NCBI GenBank assembly: GCA_963752255.1
Contig: CAVVXT010000019.1
Location: 416,001 to 480,000 of the forward strand
DNA: 64,000 nt
Direction: 5' to 3'
Source: Nitrososphaeria archaeon
GTDB lineage: Archaea; Thermoproteota; Nitrososphaeria; JACIWG01
In this document: positions 20,373 through 31,514 of the stretch, one piece after another
Layout: each line of letters starts with the position of its first letter
How positions within the stretch are numbered: the stretch's first letter is position 1
Made by a program: the position numbers and the translations under genes
Notes under the pieces: generated by a model
The model's input: only the letters and a program-made list of their open reading frames with translations
Told to the model about the DNA's origin: nothing
The model's database searches: none

Positions 20373-21302
20373 TTAAAGGGTTTTCCTCGAACTATTCATT
20401 CGTACTGCGATGGCGAGAAGGACTAGCAGGCTAATGGCCGATAGAAGTACGTAAACAGTTGTTGAATTAAGTGAAGTCAACGGGTTCAAGCTTGCTTGTG
20501 CAGGTATATCAATGGAAAACCCGGATATCGAGAATACGACCTCTCCTCCCAATATGCAAGGCAGCCAAGCCAGCGAAGAGCTTGGGTCACCCTCATAAGC
20601 TCTGATTACGTGTGTGCCGACACCTCCAGTCGCTTTAAAAGTTATGGTCGCATTACCTCCTATGTCTCCGCCGACAAAGCCTCCGCTAACGACAGGTCCT
20701 TCAGTAACAAAATGTGATGTCGCATACCCCCACATGCCGTTGTCATAGGTGAACTTTAGGACGGTAGGGGTAGCGCTAAGTCCCAGTGCGACAGCTTCTG
20801 GTCCACGTGGTGCTCCGTAAACGAAAAGCGTTACTTGTTGTCCTTGCTTGTATCCGGAATTGGATGGTTGTGGGCTAAGCTGCAAGCTCGGTACGATGGT
20901 GAATGTCGCGTTTACGATCCCTGTTCCGACACCGTTCTGAGTAGCATTCACATGATGTGCGATATCACAAAAGTCGTAGGGCGCGATGATCGTTGTGACG
21001 AAGCTGCCATCGGGAGCAACGGGGATGTTCTTCTTTATGAGGTAATAGCCCAAGTGCCCACTTATGCCTGGAACATCAACGATATATCCGAACCATGCTA
21101 GGTTCACCATATTTCCAGGTGTAAAGTTGGTTCCTTGGACAGTGATCGGTGTCTTAACGGGTCCAGCAGGTGGGAGAAGTGTTATAGTCGGATTAGAGAG
21201 TGCCCGAGTAGGTGTTACGGTAAGTCCAATGACTGAAAGCGTCAGTGCGATTGCAATGAAGATTGCTGCGTAATTACGTTTCTGAGTGAACAATTTTTTC
21301 AT
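20373..21302 (-). CDS. Secreted, C-terminally membrane-anchored Ig-like protein
   Basis: Signal peptide, beta-rich IPT/Ig-like segments (ITVQGTNFTPG), C-terminal TM helix + basic tail. Confidence 0.8.
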   Translation of the reverse strand: MKKLFTQKRNYAAIFIAIALTLSVIGLTVTPTRALSNPTITLLPPAGPVKTPITVQGTNFTPGNMVNLAWFGYIVDVPGISGHLGYYLIKKNIPVAPDGSFVTTIIAPYDFCDIAHHVNATQNGVGTGIVNATFTIVPSLQLSPQPSNSGYKQGQQVTLFVYGAPRGPEAVALGLSATPTVLKFTYDNGMWGYATSHFVTEGPVVSGGFVGGDIGGNATITFKATGGVGTHVIRAYEGDPSSSLAWLPCILGGEVVFSISGFSIDIPAQASLNPLTSLNSTTVYVLLSAISLLVLLAIAVRMNSSRKTL

Positions 21303-21489
21303 CTCAGATCAAATGGTAAGAACTGCCCTTATTTAAGAGGGTATGCAAATCAAACTATAGTACCATACTGCATATAGTTTCCGCATGAGATTTGCAGTAA
21401 GGACTGAGATTACCGTCTTATTTGGCAGTGGACAGGAAAGTTGGAAATTGTGATCAGTTTCCCGTGCGGAAGACTTAAAAGTATAGTTT

Positions 21490-22373
21490 TTGTACTTATT
21501 TCCAAAAATGCTCAGGACAAAAGAACTCAGAAAGATCATACTTAGTACTATAGGAGGAAGAACCTTTTATGGATACGAGCTTCATAGGCAGCTGCTTTCT
21601 GAGAATGTAGAAGTAGGAATCAGTCGTCTCTACAGAACCCTGAACATGATGCTTAATGAGAGGTTGCTAGAGGGTAGGTGGGAAAAAAGCCCACTTGGCC
21701 CCAAGAAGCGAATGTACGGACTTGGAGAAAAGGGAAAGAGAGAAAGAGAGAAAATACTTTTTGATGCCATTCAGACAGTCCACAGCTTTTATGGCGAATA
21801 CCTATTGAATCTCCCTCCTAAGATCAATGTCTTTAACAAGATTAGCAGATTACTAGCTACTGGCTTGAAGGGAAAGGTCAGCATAGCGTACGTTATTGAT
21901 GACTATTCAGTAGTGCACGAGAAGGTATTGTATGGTCTCCACAAACAGATACCAGAGGGGAGGATTTACCTCGTTAAGCCTAATTCATTAGAAGTAGACT
22001 TGGGACTTGACAACCTTTTGTCCTTAGAAGGTGGCTGTACCTCTATCCCCCTAAAAGATAACTTCTTGGATTTAGTCGATGTTACAGGTGTTCCGAGAAA
22101 GGACTTATTGGAGGCTTCTTTAAAGGAGTACCATAGGGTGCTGAAGAAAAGCTGGTACGTTGGCTATAATCACACCTACAATTTTCGTACACAAATACGA
22201 GGAGCCTCTAACAATAGGTAACTTCATGGAGAAGTATGAGCATGAAATGCAAGGAACTGAATACACCGATGGGGAGATGATTAGGGCTCTTCTGAAAAAG
22301 TTTTTCACAAAGATCAGAAAGATCGATTATTCACATTAGTATTTTCTTGGCGTCTAAACCAATCTTTCCTTAA
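21490..22373 (+). CDS. PadR-family HTH fused to a degenerate methyltransferase-like domain (frameshifts near 22150 and 22320)
   Basis: YGYEL...LYRTL...GPKKRMY.L.EKG PadR signature; IPLKDNFLDLV...LKEYHRVLK(K)AGTLAI methyltransferase-like motifs continue after a +1 shift. Confidence 0.75.
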
Positions 22374-22702
22374 AACACACGAAATAAATTGAACTATTAT
22401 CTAAGAAAGGGTTTAACAATACAGTCTCAATAACGAACAACTGCATATAGGGTTGGCACAACAAATTGAAATTTGTATTTGATGGTATAACGAAAATAAC
22501 TTTTGCGAATGACACCTATCAGATAAGTAAAGCTTGTACATGTGTAATTATCGACTGCCTTAAAGTTGCTTACTTAATCTTACATCTTATTAGGTATTCG
22601 ATGTTTATCTTCTTTTTATACAAGACCTGTTGTTTACGTTTAAGGCAAGAAAACTTTGCCATAAGAATACTTATTAGATAGCACCTACTCCATTGAAAGA
22701 TT

Positions 22703-23278
22703 ATGGCACAAATTCCCAGCACAAAACCGTCAGCGAGCGAAGCCAGCAATTTAATAGGGCCTGCCTCCATTTTGACCTTGGTTGTCCCCATCGCTGCTCT
22801 GATCGTAGCCTTATTGAGCGGAAGCCTTCTCCTACTCGATTATATTCACGTGCTCACAGGTGGAACTTGGACTGGCATAGACCTATTCATGGGTTTAGTA
22901 ATGAGCAGAGTACTACGTGGACTTGCGCCACAAAGTCGAGCTGAAATGATAAAGAAACTTGTGCCCATCATGCTATTCTTCATGCCCGCCTTAGCTTCGG
23001 TGGCCATCACATCCGGCATCTACCTCGCTGGTCTTGATAATTTAAGCCTGTTCTCCACCCCTATAATCATCGCCGGCATCATTGTACTGATCCTATTTGT
23101 TCAAGGCTTCGGTTTAATCCTGCCAAACGAAATTCGAGTCTTTCTAGAGCTCAGGAAGGAAAGCCCAAACATAGACAAGGTTGTGAAACTTGGCATGAGA
23201 AACATCTATTTCGCAGGTAGCCAGACAATATTCCAGATAGCGATAATATTTGTGATGGCCTACATAGCCGTCATATGA
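22703..23278 (+). CDS. Integral membrane protein (DUF2269/CopD-like)
   Basis: 5-6 hydrophobic segments; YIHVLTGGTWTG. Confidence 0.75.
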   Translation: MAQIPSTKPSASEASNLIGPASILTLVVPIAALIVALLSGSLLLLDYIHVLTGGTWTGIDLFMGLVMSRVLRGLAPQSRAEMIKKLVPIMLFFMPALASVAITSGIYLAGLDNLSLFSTPIIIAGIIVLILFVQGFGLILPNEIRVFLELRKESPNIDKVVKLGMRNIYFAGSQTIFQIAIIFVMAYIAVI

Positions 23279-23537
23279 TAGCGGTTTCCAACTAGTCAAC
23301 ATCTTGGCTTGAAATTGAAAAGTGGATGCGACTAAAGACCCATAAATAGAATATTTCACCTTATGTCAGGACATAGAAGACAGAGGTCTTCAAACGAAGA
23401 CCAAATAGTTACAGAAAGAATAACAGACTCAAATTATCAGAGACATCAATTACTACGCTATAACGCCTGACATCCTATCAGAGTGGTGACCCTGTAAACT
23501 CTTAAAAGAGAGGCATCTCCTTTATCTGACAGATTAT

Positions 23538-23768
23538 ATGGAGGGGCTTCCTGAAGAGTTTACAAACATTGTAGTTGGGCCACATCGAACGCTAGAGAAT
23601 AGAAGAAATGTCGAGGAACTTGAAAAAGAGCTTCTCCAAAAGATCAAAAAAGAAGGTAAGGTTAACCTCTCGAAACTCTGGCGTTCAACAGACTGCCATC
23701 TATGGGAGATTTCTTATGCTTTGAGAAGGCTCAAGGAGAAAGGTCTTATTGAAGAAATTGAACTATAG
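23538..23768 (+). CDS. Small winged-HTH protein
   Basis: ISYALRRLKEKGLIEE wHTH recognition helix and wing. Confidence 0.7.
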   Translation: MEGLPEEFTNIVVGPHRTLENRRNVEELEKELLQKIKKEGKVNLSKLWRSTDCHLWEISYALRRLKEKGLIEEIEL

Positions 23769-23819
23769 AAAAGACCACAATATGTAGACTAATCAAGACA
23801 CTCGAAACTTTATATCTTC

Positions 23820-25178
23820 CTAGAATGCCTTGTCTTGTATCCGTCTCAGCTTGAGAAGGAAGGAGTCCTCGTTCAGTTCGACATCCTTGTATCTTATTAT
23901 CCCATCAGAAGGAACCTCTTTGACAAGATGGATGCCTTCGGCAAGCCCAAGAGGCAACAGATCTTCCTTTCTTGCCATATCCGCTCTTTCTGCAACACCA
24001 TAGACGAAGTGCCCTCCCCCGCCATCCAATGTTTCTCCAGGCTTCAGTGTCTTCTTGGCTGCAGCTAGAACCTCAGCAGAAGGTGCCTTAGGAAGTGGAA
24101 CTCCAGTCGGCTCATGGTATAGTGCTACTTGAATCAAGGACATTGATGCTTCAAGGCCCGCCCAATGAAAAGGTCTATAGAAGAGGGCATTTTTACCCCT
24201 TCCTCCTCTTGGTGCTTCATAGGTCTTGAAGAGACCTCTGACATCCCTGCTATCACTAGTGACCACGACAAATACACCCCAACGTATGTCGCGTCTGATT
24301 CTTTTTCCATTCGGACGTACGCGGGTGATCACATCGACGATACCCTCATTTTCCAAAATTCCTCCATCCTTCTTCAAACTTAGGAGTTTGGGCACATCTT
24401 TCACTGAACCTAAGGGAAAATGCATGCCTCTAACATCCGGCTTCAATCCTGTCGCATTGCAGACAGCGACCATTTCTACTGCACATTTCGTCGTGTCAAG
24501 GAAAGAGTTGTACATCTTTGGGTTCAGTCTTAGACGAACTACTTCTTCCTGTGTAAAACCGAATCGCTTTAACGCGTCATCAGGGCTTAAATGTCTCCAT
24601 TCGAGCCTTGCCGCGGTTCCTTCACCGGCAGCTATGACTTTAAATCCACAAGATGCTGCCCAATCATAAAGCTCTGCTATCAAAGCAGGTTGATCTCCAT
24701 AAGCTTGGCTATATACAACACCTTTTTCTTGTGCCATCTTGGCCAAAAGTGGCCCAACTACGCATTCAGCTTCAACTGTAGCCATGACGATGTTCTTTTT
24801 CTTGTTTATCGCATCATAAGCGTGCCTAGCAGCTACTTCTGGAACACCGGTTGATTCGAGGATGACGTCCAAGTTGCTTTCTATCAATACTCTGCTATTT
24901 GTTGTAATCGAGGGAGTGCCCTTCTCTATGTAATGGTTCGCTGTATCGACATCATTGACCTCTACAACATTCTTTGAGTTAAATCGAGCAAATTTTACAT
25001 ACGCGCGGAGCGCTTTATCTTTGTAGACATCTGCTATGATAGAGACTTTGATTCCTGGTATTCTTGATACCTGCCCTATTGCAGAACAACCAAAGAAACC
25101 CGCGCCAATAACGCCCACCTTTACAGGATTACCGTTTTCTTCCCTTTCCTTAAGCCTAAGTCTCATGACCGAACTCAT
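23820..25178 (-). CDS. Homoserine dehydrogenase-like NAD(P) oxidoreductase with C-terminal SAF domain
   Basis: GAGFFG, GDQPAL, MYNSFLDTTKCAVEM and AKKTLKPGETLDGGGG (SAF) motifs. Confidence 0.85.
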   Translation of the reverse strand: MSSVMRLRLKEREENGNPVKVGVIGAGFFGCSAIGQVSRIPGIKVSIIADVYKDKALRAYVKFARFNSKNVVEVNDVDTANHYIEKGTPSITTNSRVLIESNLDVILESTGVPEVAARHAYDAINKKKNIVMATVEAECVVGPLLAKMAQEKGVVYSQAYGDQPALIAELYDWAASCGFKVIAAGEGTAARLEWRHLSPDDALKRFGFTQEEVVRLRLNPKMYNSFLDTTKCAVEMVAVCNATGLKPDVRGMHFPLGSVKDVPKLLSLKKDGGILENEGIVDVITRVRPNGKRIRRDIRWGVFVVVTSDSRDVRGLFKTYEAPRGGRGKNALFYRPFHWAGLEASMSLIQVALYHEPTGVPLPKAPSAEVLAAAKKTLKPGETLDGGGGHFVYGVAERADMARKEDLLPLGLAEGIHLVKEVPSDGIIRYKDVELNEDSFLLKLRRIQDKAF

Positions 25179-25287
25179 TTACATCACACTCAATTATGAT
25201 TACTTTTGAATATGAGTATTTAAAATTTCACCACTTAATTTAAAAAGAAAACTTAGGTCATGAAAATCTCTAATTTTGTTGAAGCCA

Positions 25288-25791
25288 CTATGCCTTCTTT
25301 GTCTCTTTTAGATATGTGGTGTAGCTTGTGTATGGTGGCGTAGCGTTAATCTGCCACATGAGGCAGAGAATTTCTCCTCTGTGGTGTATTTCCTCTTCTA
25401 TAAGATGCAATAGTATGTCCTCAACTCGAAACCTGTTCATTGTATTGTCTTTGCCCAGCCAAGAGACCATCTTATCGAGATCCTGGGGCGTGAGCTTCGC
25501 AAGGTAGGCTCGGCTCTCTGTCTCAACCTCCACCATGTATTTTCTCATTTCTTCTATGCCTTTGAAGTCCTTGTCATAATCGTGAATCGGCCAAAAATCC
25601 ATTTTTCCAGAAGTAAGGCGCTTCAACCAGCCCTCCTCAGCTCCAAGGCTGTGAAGGAAGACGTTTCTCATAGAGTTGAAGCTCGCTTCACGGTTCTCTA
25701 CAACTTTTTCCCAGGGAAGCTTCGACATTGCGTCGAGAAACTTGGCCCTACAATACCAGTTGTATTCAAAAAGTTCCTTAATTTCTACCAT
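25288..25791 (-). CDS. DinB-family protein
   Basis: YN.., SMRNVFLH and EEEIHHRGE motifs. Confidence 0.85.
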   Translation of the reverse strand: MVEIKELFEYNWYCRAKFLDAMSKLPWEKVVENREASFNSMRNVFLHSLGAEEGWLKRLTSGKMDFWPIHDYDKDFKGIEEMRKYMVEVETESRAYLAKLTPQDLDKMVSWLGKDNTMNRFRVEDILLHLIEEEIHHRGEILCLMWQINATPPYTSYTTYLKETKKA

Positions 25792-25960
25792 AAGCCATCG
25801 CCTAGAATATTTAGAATAGGGTGATAAAGTTATGGGACCCAGCTTTATTTAAACACCATTTACTAAATTCGACTGGCTTCGCTCTGATGCACTCATAATG
25901 ATCAAGGAGAAGATGAAATATGACGTTTTATGCCACTAGTATGGTTTAAATTATTGTGCT

Positions 25961-27268
25961 GTGCTAATATATGGCATGGATATAGGAAAGATAAAGTGCT
26001 TTATTCCTGTAGGAGGCCAAGCCAAAAGATTAAGGCCTTTAACGCAGGACATTTCGAAGCCTTGTATTAGACTCCTGAATAGACCGTTAATCGAATTTGC
26101 TATGGCAACCTTGGCTGAACAGGGAATAAAGAGCTTTATTTTTGGGGAAAATGGTTACACGAATTATTCCAACCTTTTTGATCTGTATGGGGAAGGAGTA
26201 GGATTCTCAGCTAAGTATAGGATCCAACCGAGGGCGCACATAAAACATCAACCGAACCTTGACGATCTAGGAAGCGCTGACTCGTATAGGCTTAACATCG
26301 GATACTATGATGTCCGCGACCCGGTGTTAGTAGTTCAAGGAGACAATGTTTTCAACATCGACCTGAAAGGGTTCGTAAAAAGGCATGTAGACACTAAAGC
26401 GATTATGACCATCGCACTTGCTAGAGTCGACAATACTGAAGAGTTCGGCATAGCCGATGTAGCTGATGACTTTCGGATCAAAAATTTTGTTGAGAAACCT
26501 TCTGCAGGTAAATCACCGAGCAATCTTGCAAACGCTGGCCTATACCTACTTTCTCCAGAAGTTCGAACAATAGTTGAAAGCGAAGAAATAAGGAAAATGC
26601 TGGAGGAGAGAAAGAGGCTAGACTTCGGATATGACATCATACCATACTTTATTGAGAAAAACTATCCCATCTACTCCTATGAATTAAATGTCTGGTATGA
26701 TGTAGGCACACCTGGAAGATATTTGAAGGCAATGCATGATGTGCTTTATGGAACCCTGAACATAAGAATCACAGAAGAAAGGGCTATACCGGGCAGAAAC
26801 GTCTGGATTCAAGGATACAGTGAAGAATCAGTCAAGAGAAGGGAAGAAATCATCAAAAAGTACAATGAAAAAAGATTGTCTATAGAAGGCGCTGCCCTAA
26901 TAGGTAGACACACAAGAATAGGGGACAACTCTAGGATCTCTGATTCTAACATCGACAACTTCTGCATATTACGTGATCATGTAGAAGTAGAAAGGTCAGC
27001 GATCTTAGATGCTGTTAGAATTGAAAATTACGCCAAGGTTTCGGACAGCATAGTTGGCAGAAAGGTCGTTATAGAGTCAACCCTTGAAAATTCCACGTAT
27101 ATCGGATCGGGATCGGTCATAGGCAACGCAGTACGCATAGGGGCAGGCTGCAGTCTCATTCAGACAAAAGTCAACCCCGGCCTTGTCATCCCACCCCACA
27201 TGATTTACACGAATTGCTTCTTACAGAACTACGAGGACATTGTAGAATTAGCTTCTCACAAACTCTAA
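25961..27268 (+). CDS. NDP-sugar synthase (sugar-1-phosphate nucleotidyltransferase) with LbH domain
   Basis: GGQAKRLRPLT...KP, FVEKP, NAGLY and WYDVGTP motifs; hexapeptide repeats. Confidence 0.9.
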   Translation: MLIYGMDIGKIKCFIPVGGQAKRLRPLTQDISKPCIRLLNRPLIEFAMATLAEQGIKSFIFGENGYTNYSNLFDLYGEGVGFSAKYRIQPRAHIKHQPNLDDLGSADSYRLNIGYYDVRDPVLVVQGDNVFNIDLKGFVKRHVDTKAIMTIALARVDNTEEFGIADVADDFRIKNFVEKPSAGKSPSNLANAGLYLLSPEVRTIVESEEIRKMLEERKRLDFGYDIIPYFIEKNYPIYSYELNVWYDVGTPGRYLKAMHDVLYGTLNIRITEERAIPGRNVWIQGYSEESVKRREEIIKKYNEKRLSIEGAALIGRHTRIGDNSRISDSNIDNFCILRDHVEVERSAILDAVRIENYAKVSDSIVGRKVVIESTLENSTYIGSGSVIGNAVRIGAGCSLIQTKVNPGLVIPPHMIYTNCFLQNYEDIVELASHKL

Positions 27269-27418
27269 AGATATCGTTGTAGTCGCAGGCCCACCTTTTT
27301 TTCTTAGGCAACACTACTCTGTTCGAGGCTTTCTGACATATTATTCAATAAAAAAACAATCGTACACGTGAGCTCAAAAAATAAGTGGGATTGAAATTCT
27401 TTTGAGAGATTGGTTATC

Positions 27419-28423
27419 TTATGGAACTAAGACTGCCCTTCCCACTATCTGACCCTGCTTCAACTTTTGGAGCACATTATTCGCTTCTCTGAGCTTATAT
27501 GCTGTCCATTTAACCTTCACTTTTCCCATTGACGCGATCTTTAGAGCCTCTCTCATGTCATGTCTCGAGCCTATCACACTTGATATAATAGAAATTTCTT
27601 CCGGAAAGACTACGTTGACATTGCCTAACACGCCCATCAGCACGACTCCACCGTGTTTAACAATGCTTAACGCTTGGTCAACCGCTTTCTGTGAGGGTGC
27701 GTGAACCATTGCTACGTCCACCTTCCCTTTTTTTGATATGTAATCCTTAACATCCTCTGACAGAAGGGCATGATCGGCTCCAAGTTCCTCAGCGAGCTTT
27801 AACTGGCCTTCAGACCTGTCAATGGCAACCGTTTCAGCACCAGCTAATTTTGCGAACTGCAGGGACATGTGGCCTACGCCGCCTATGCCTATTACTGCAA
27901 CACTTTGCCCAGGTTTTATTCCAGCCCTCCTTACAGCGCGGTATGCTGTTACACCGGGGCAAAAGAGAGGCGCCCCTTCCTCATACCCCAGATTATCCGG
28001 TAGTTCGTAAATGTAATCATATGGTGCAGCCATGTATTCGGCGTAGCCTCCATCGACTGTTTCTCCTGTCGCATTTTTTGTCAAACACAGGTTTTCATTT
28101 CCGGTCAAACAGTAATCACATCTGCCACAGCTGTCATATAGTACCTGAACACCCACCCTCTGTCCTTCTCGAACTCCCTTCGTATCCTTCCCTACCTTCT
28201 CAATAACTCCAGTTATTTCGTGACCAGGGATTATTGGGAGCTTAGAAGGAACACCGAAAACCTGGAATTCTCCTTCTACCATACTGAGGTTCGAATGGCA
28301 AACACCGCAGGCTTTTATTCTAATAAGTACCTTGTTAGGTTCCAATATGGGATCGGGAACAGATTCGTAAGACATTACCCCACTTTCAATCGGACCAATA
28401 CGACTGCAAACTTGTGCTTTCAA
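27419..28423 (-). CDS. Zn-dependent alcohol dehydrogenase (AdhP-like)
   Basis: CGVCH, PGHE, CGRCDYC..G.ENLC and GIGGVG motifs. Confidence 0.93.
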   Translation of the reverse strand: MKAQVCSRIGPIESGVMSYESVPDPILEPNKVLIRIKACGVCHSNLSMVEGEFQVFGVPSKLPIIPGHEITGVIEKVGKDTKGVREGQRVGVQVLYDSCGRCDYCLTGNENLCLTKNATGETVDGGYAEYMAAPYDYIYELPDNLGYEEGAPLFCPGVTAYRAVRRAGIKPGQSVAVIGIGGVGHMSLQFAKLAGAETVAIDRSEGQLKLAEELGADHALLSEDVKDYISKKGKVDVAMVHAPSQKAVDQALSIVKHGGVVLMGVLGNVNVVFPEEISIISSVIGSRHDMREALKIASMGKVKVKWTAYKLREANNVLQKLKQGQIVGRAVLVP

Positions 28424-28548
28424 TCCTTCTATAACCTCACCCTTTCTATAGCCTACTTCCCAATATTAACTTTTCCGAACTCATCCAAGCTACACGGCTA
28501 TGAGATTATTTCACTTCATCTTAGTAATTGCTTGGGTAAATACTCTTC

Positions 28549-29328
28549 CTAGGAAGATTTCTTTAACCTTTCCCGTTTACCGTAAGGACATATGTAGACA
28601 CATAATCCGCAGAGCTGTTCACCTAACTTCTGTTCCCTTCTTTTCATGTAATCATAGCACGCGTGTGCATTAAATCTAATTTCCCTAGGCTCTTTAGGAT
28701 CAAATGGAACCCCTGAAAACGCCTTAGGTGGACATATGTTTACACACGCCCTGCACTCCCCACACTGCACTTTTATAGAAGAACTAGCCTTCAATTTAGC
28801 ATCCGTGAGAATTGTTGCAAATCTTACTCTTGGACCGTATTCTGGAGTTACTAGAAGACAGCTTTTTCCGATCCACCCTAACCCTGCCAAATTCGGTGCA
28901 AGTTTGTTGGAAACCGTCCCCCCGAGTCTGTCATAATCGATGACCTGAGATGCCGGAATCGGATATGCCTTGAAGCCTTCTTTTTGGATCCTTATAGCCA
29001 AGAGCAGCCCGATATGGTCTAACCTAGAGTTAACTGAATTATATAGTGCCCTGTAAGTGAAGATTACGGGGCGCTCCTCATGCCTGTGTAGCTCGTCGAC
29101 AACGGCGTCCATCAGACGAATACCTATTGATATAGCCCTGGGGAACTTCCTCAGGTACTCCCCTCCCTGGTTACATACAAAATCTTGTGCTTCAGTAAGG
29201 TCTGCCACACCGAATAAATCCGCTCCAAGTTCTCTAGCGGTGTTTTCGAGCTCGCATTGAAATGAAGTTTCCACCAATATTTTCGGGTTTTGCTCTGAAT
29301 CGCCTTTTATATAAATTTTTGATAGCAA
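28549..29328 (-). CDS. Epoxyqueuosine reductase-like 4Fe-4S protein
   Basis: LGADLFGVAD, AGLGWIGKS.L.VTPEYGPRVRF, CGECRACVNICP and CGLCVYICP motifs. Confidence 0.8.
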   Translation of the reverse strand: MLSKIYIKGDSEQNPKILVETSFQCELENTARELGADLFGVADLTEAQDFVCNQGGEYLRKFPRAISIGIRLMDAVVDELHRHEERPVIFTYRALYNSVNSRLDHIGLLLAIRIQKEGFKAYPIPASQVIDYDRLGGTVSNKLAPNLAGLGWIGKSCLLVTPEYGPRVRFATILTDAKLKASSSIKVQCGECRACVNICPPKAFSGVPFDPKEPREIRFNAHACYDYMKRREQKLGEQLCGLCVYICPYGKRERLKKSS

Positions 29329-29376
29329 AAGGAAAGAAAGTTAAATATACATGTTAAACATCCGATAGACGATTCA

Positions 29377-30721
29377 ATGTCGGTTGATAAGGAAATCATA
29401 ATGTTTTCCCCGGAATACTGGTGGAATGTAGGGAAGGGTGAAGTCTTAAAGGGGAAAATGGAAGATATAGAAAAGTGGGGTGGGATGGGAAGGGTTGTAG
29501 CCGAAGTCTCCGAGCGTCTTCCATCATTCGGTTACAATGTAACCGTTCTTGCGAAGGAAGAAGAGTTTAACTGGCTCACCCATCTTTCCCAAATCCTACT
29601 ATAACCCAGAAAACGTCGTTCAATATAGGCCGATATCAAACGTGGACGTCTATGCCATTCCTCCATGCAGCGGCCTAGGTGATAAGATCCAGGCAAAAAG
29701 CGGCAGCCTCTATGTCGACAATCCACTTGATTGCATAGTAACTTGGGACCATATATTTACAACACTTAATTATATTTACGATTCTAACGGTGAACTGTGC
29801 CGAAAGATGTTTGATGAAAGTACAATTATCCACGGACACGACTTCTATGGCGCTCAATTCATTTACAATCTGAAGACTGCTCGAGCTATGCCGGACTCAA
29901 AATGCATTCTGTCCGTCCACATGAGCTCTGATAGAAAAGAGGATGAGGTCAAAGGAGATGAAAGACTTCAGTGGGAGCAAAAGGGATGCAAGCTTGCTGA
30001 CAAGGTGCACGTAATGTCCAAGAGCCAAGAGAGGATAATAAGAACTCAGTATAGAATAAGGTCTGACAAGCTGGTCTGCATCCCAAACGGAATAGACCTG
30101 AAAAAATTCAGGCCACCGACGGAGGAGGAGAAGGAGAAGGATGTGGAATTGCTTCAAAGATATGGCCTTAAAAGGAAGTACATCGCTTTCTGGGGAAGAA
30201 TAGACCCTGTGAAAGGTATATCAAATCTGATACTAGCATACGATAAGCTTTATTATAAGTCCAAAACAGAATATGACCTAGCGATCTTTGGCATACCCTC
30301 TAACTGGGAGTATTTCCATAACGATGTCTTGGATAAATATAATGGCCTCCCAGCAGACATTAGATCGAAGGTGAAGATTTATACGGAGCAATTGCCAGAC
30401 GACGTACTCCTTTCGTTGATCAGATCAGCGTCTATAGGAGCATTCCCTTCAACCAAGGAAGCGTTCGGTCTAGTCGCTGTCGAAGCTCAGGCCTGCGGCC
30501 TACCCGTAGTCGTCGGAAATGTGGGTGGACTACCAGAGAACATCATAGATAAGAAGACTGGGGTGTTGGTGGACGGCAGTGATACATCATCTATAGCAAG
30601 TGGATTAGAATATGTTATAGCAAATAGGGACGAAATGGCTGAAAATACTGTTCCATTTGCTCAGCAATTTTCCTGGGACATAATTGTTGAGAGATACGTT
30701 AAGGAGCTTTATTCGATTTAA
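29377..30721 (+). CDS. Glycosyltransferase family 4 (GT-B), split by one frameshift near 29570
   Basis: N-terminal SPEY...GGMGRVV; IHGHD, IPNGID, GRIDPVKG and EAFGLVAVEAQACGLP motifs. Confidence 0.85.
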
Positions 30722-30955
30722 AATAATAAATTTCCTAATCAATTTGCCAATGCTTAAAATGTCGAATGTTCATGTGTCATACTTTGATCTGGATAAAGTA
30801 CATATGTAGGATATTTTCTATGATAATATACTACAAAAGAACTGCTCGTGAACGATTGAGAAGTGAGAGCTTTGGAGCAATATGAAAAAATGTTCAGATA
30901 AAAAGAATATAATACTGATTAGGTAAACATAAATTTCTTTCATGAAATTTTTATT

Positions 30956-31189
30956 CTATTCTTCGATAGCGATCATTGTTAGGGTCGAACGGATTTTATC
31001 TAGGCGTCTGATCTTCCAAGTTATTATGTCCTTAACCTTATCAAGAGCGTCTGCTTGAACTTTAGCTATAATATCGTAAACGCCGTAGACCGGATATACT
31101 TCTTTTATTTCCTCAATCTTTTTCAGTTCCTTAATTATTTCACTTTCCGCACCTAATTCCGAATTTATTAAAACAAATGCTAAAGCCAT
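30956..31189 (-). CDS. Stand-alone Lrp/AsnC ligand-binding (RAM) domain protein
   Basis: AFVLIN, VYGVYDIIAKV and IRSTLTMI; typical archaeal demi-Lrp. Confidence 0.9.
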   Translation of the reverse strand: MALAFVLINSELGAESEIIKELKKIEEIKEVYPVYGVYDIIAKVQADALDKVKDIITWKIRRLDKIRSTLTMIAIEE

Positions 31190-31514
31190 TTTAATATGTA
31201 TGTGAAAAACATAGATATTAACTTTGTTGTCGCAAAATGGAAGAGCGTCCTATTTAGTACAGCACGTTTAATGTCATTCCTTTACAATTATATAGAGAAA
31301 GTAGGGTTCTCAAGCTCTAATACCTATTAGGAGTGAGGTCATCAAAAGATTAAACTGCTTGAATTTAAACATCCTTTCTGTGCTCACATCTTAAACTCAA
31401 TGTTTCTGTAACAAGTTTCTTAAACCCGTACCATTCTTTCAGAATAAAAAGACACTGTTAAGTAGTTACGACAATAAATAATACTTAAATAAAAGCTTAA
31501 GAAAAAACCCGCGA

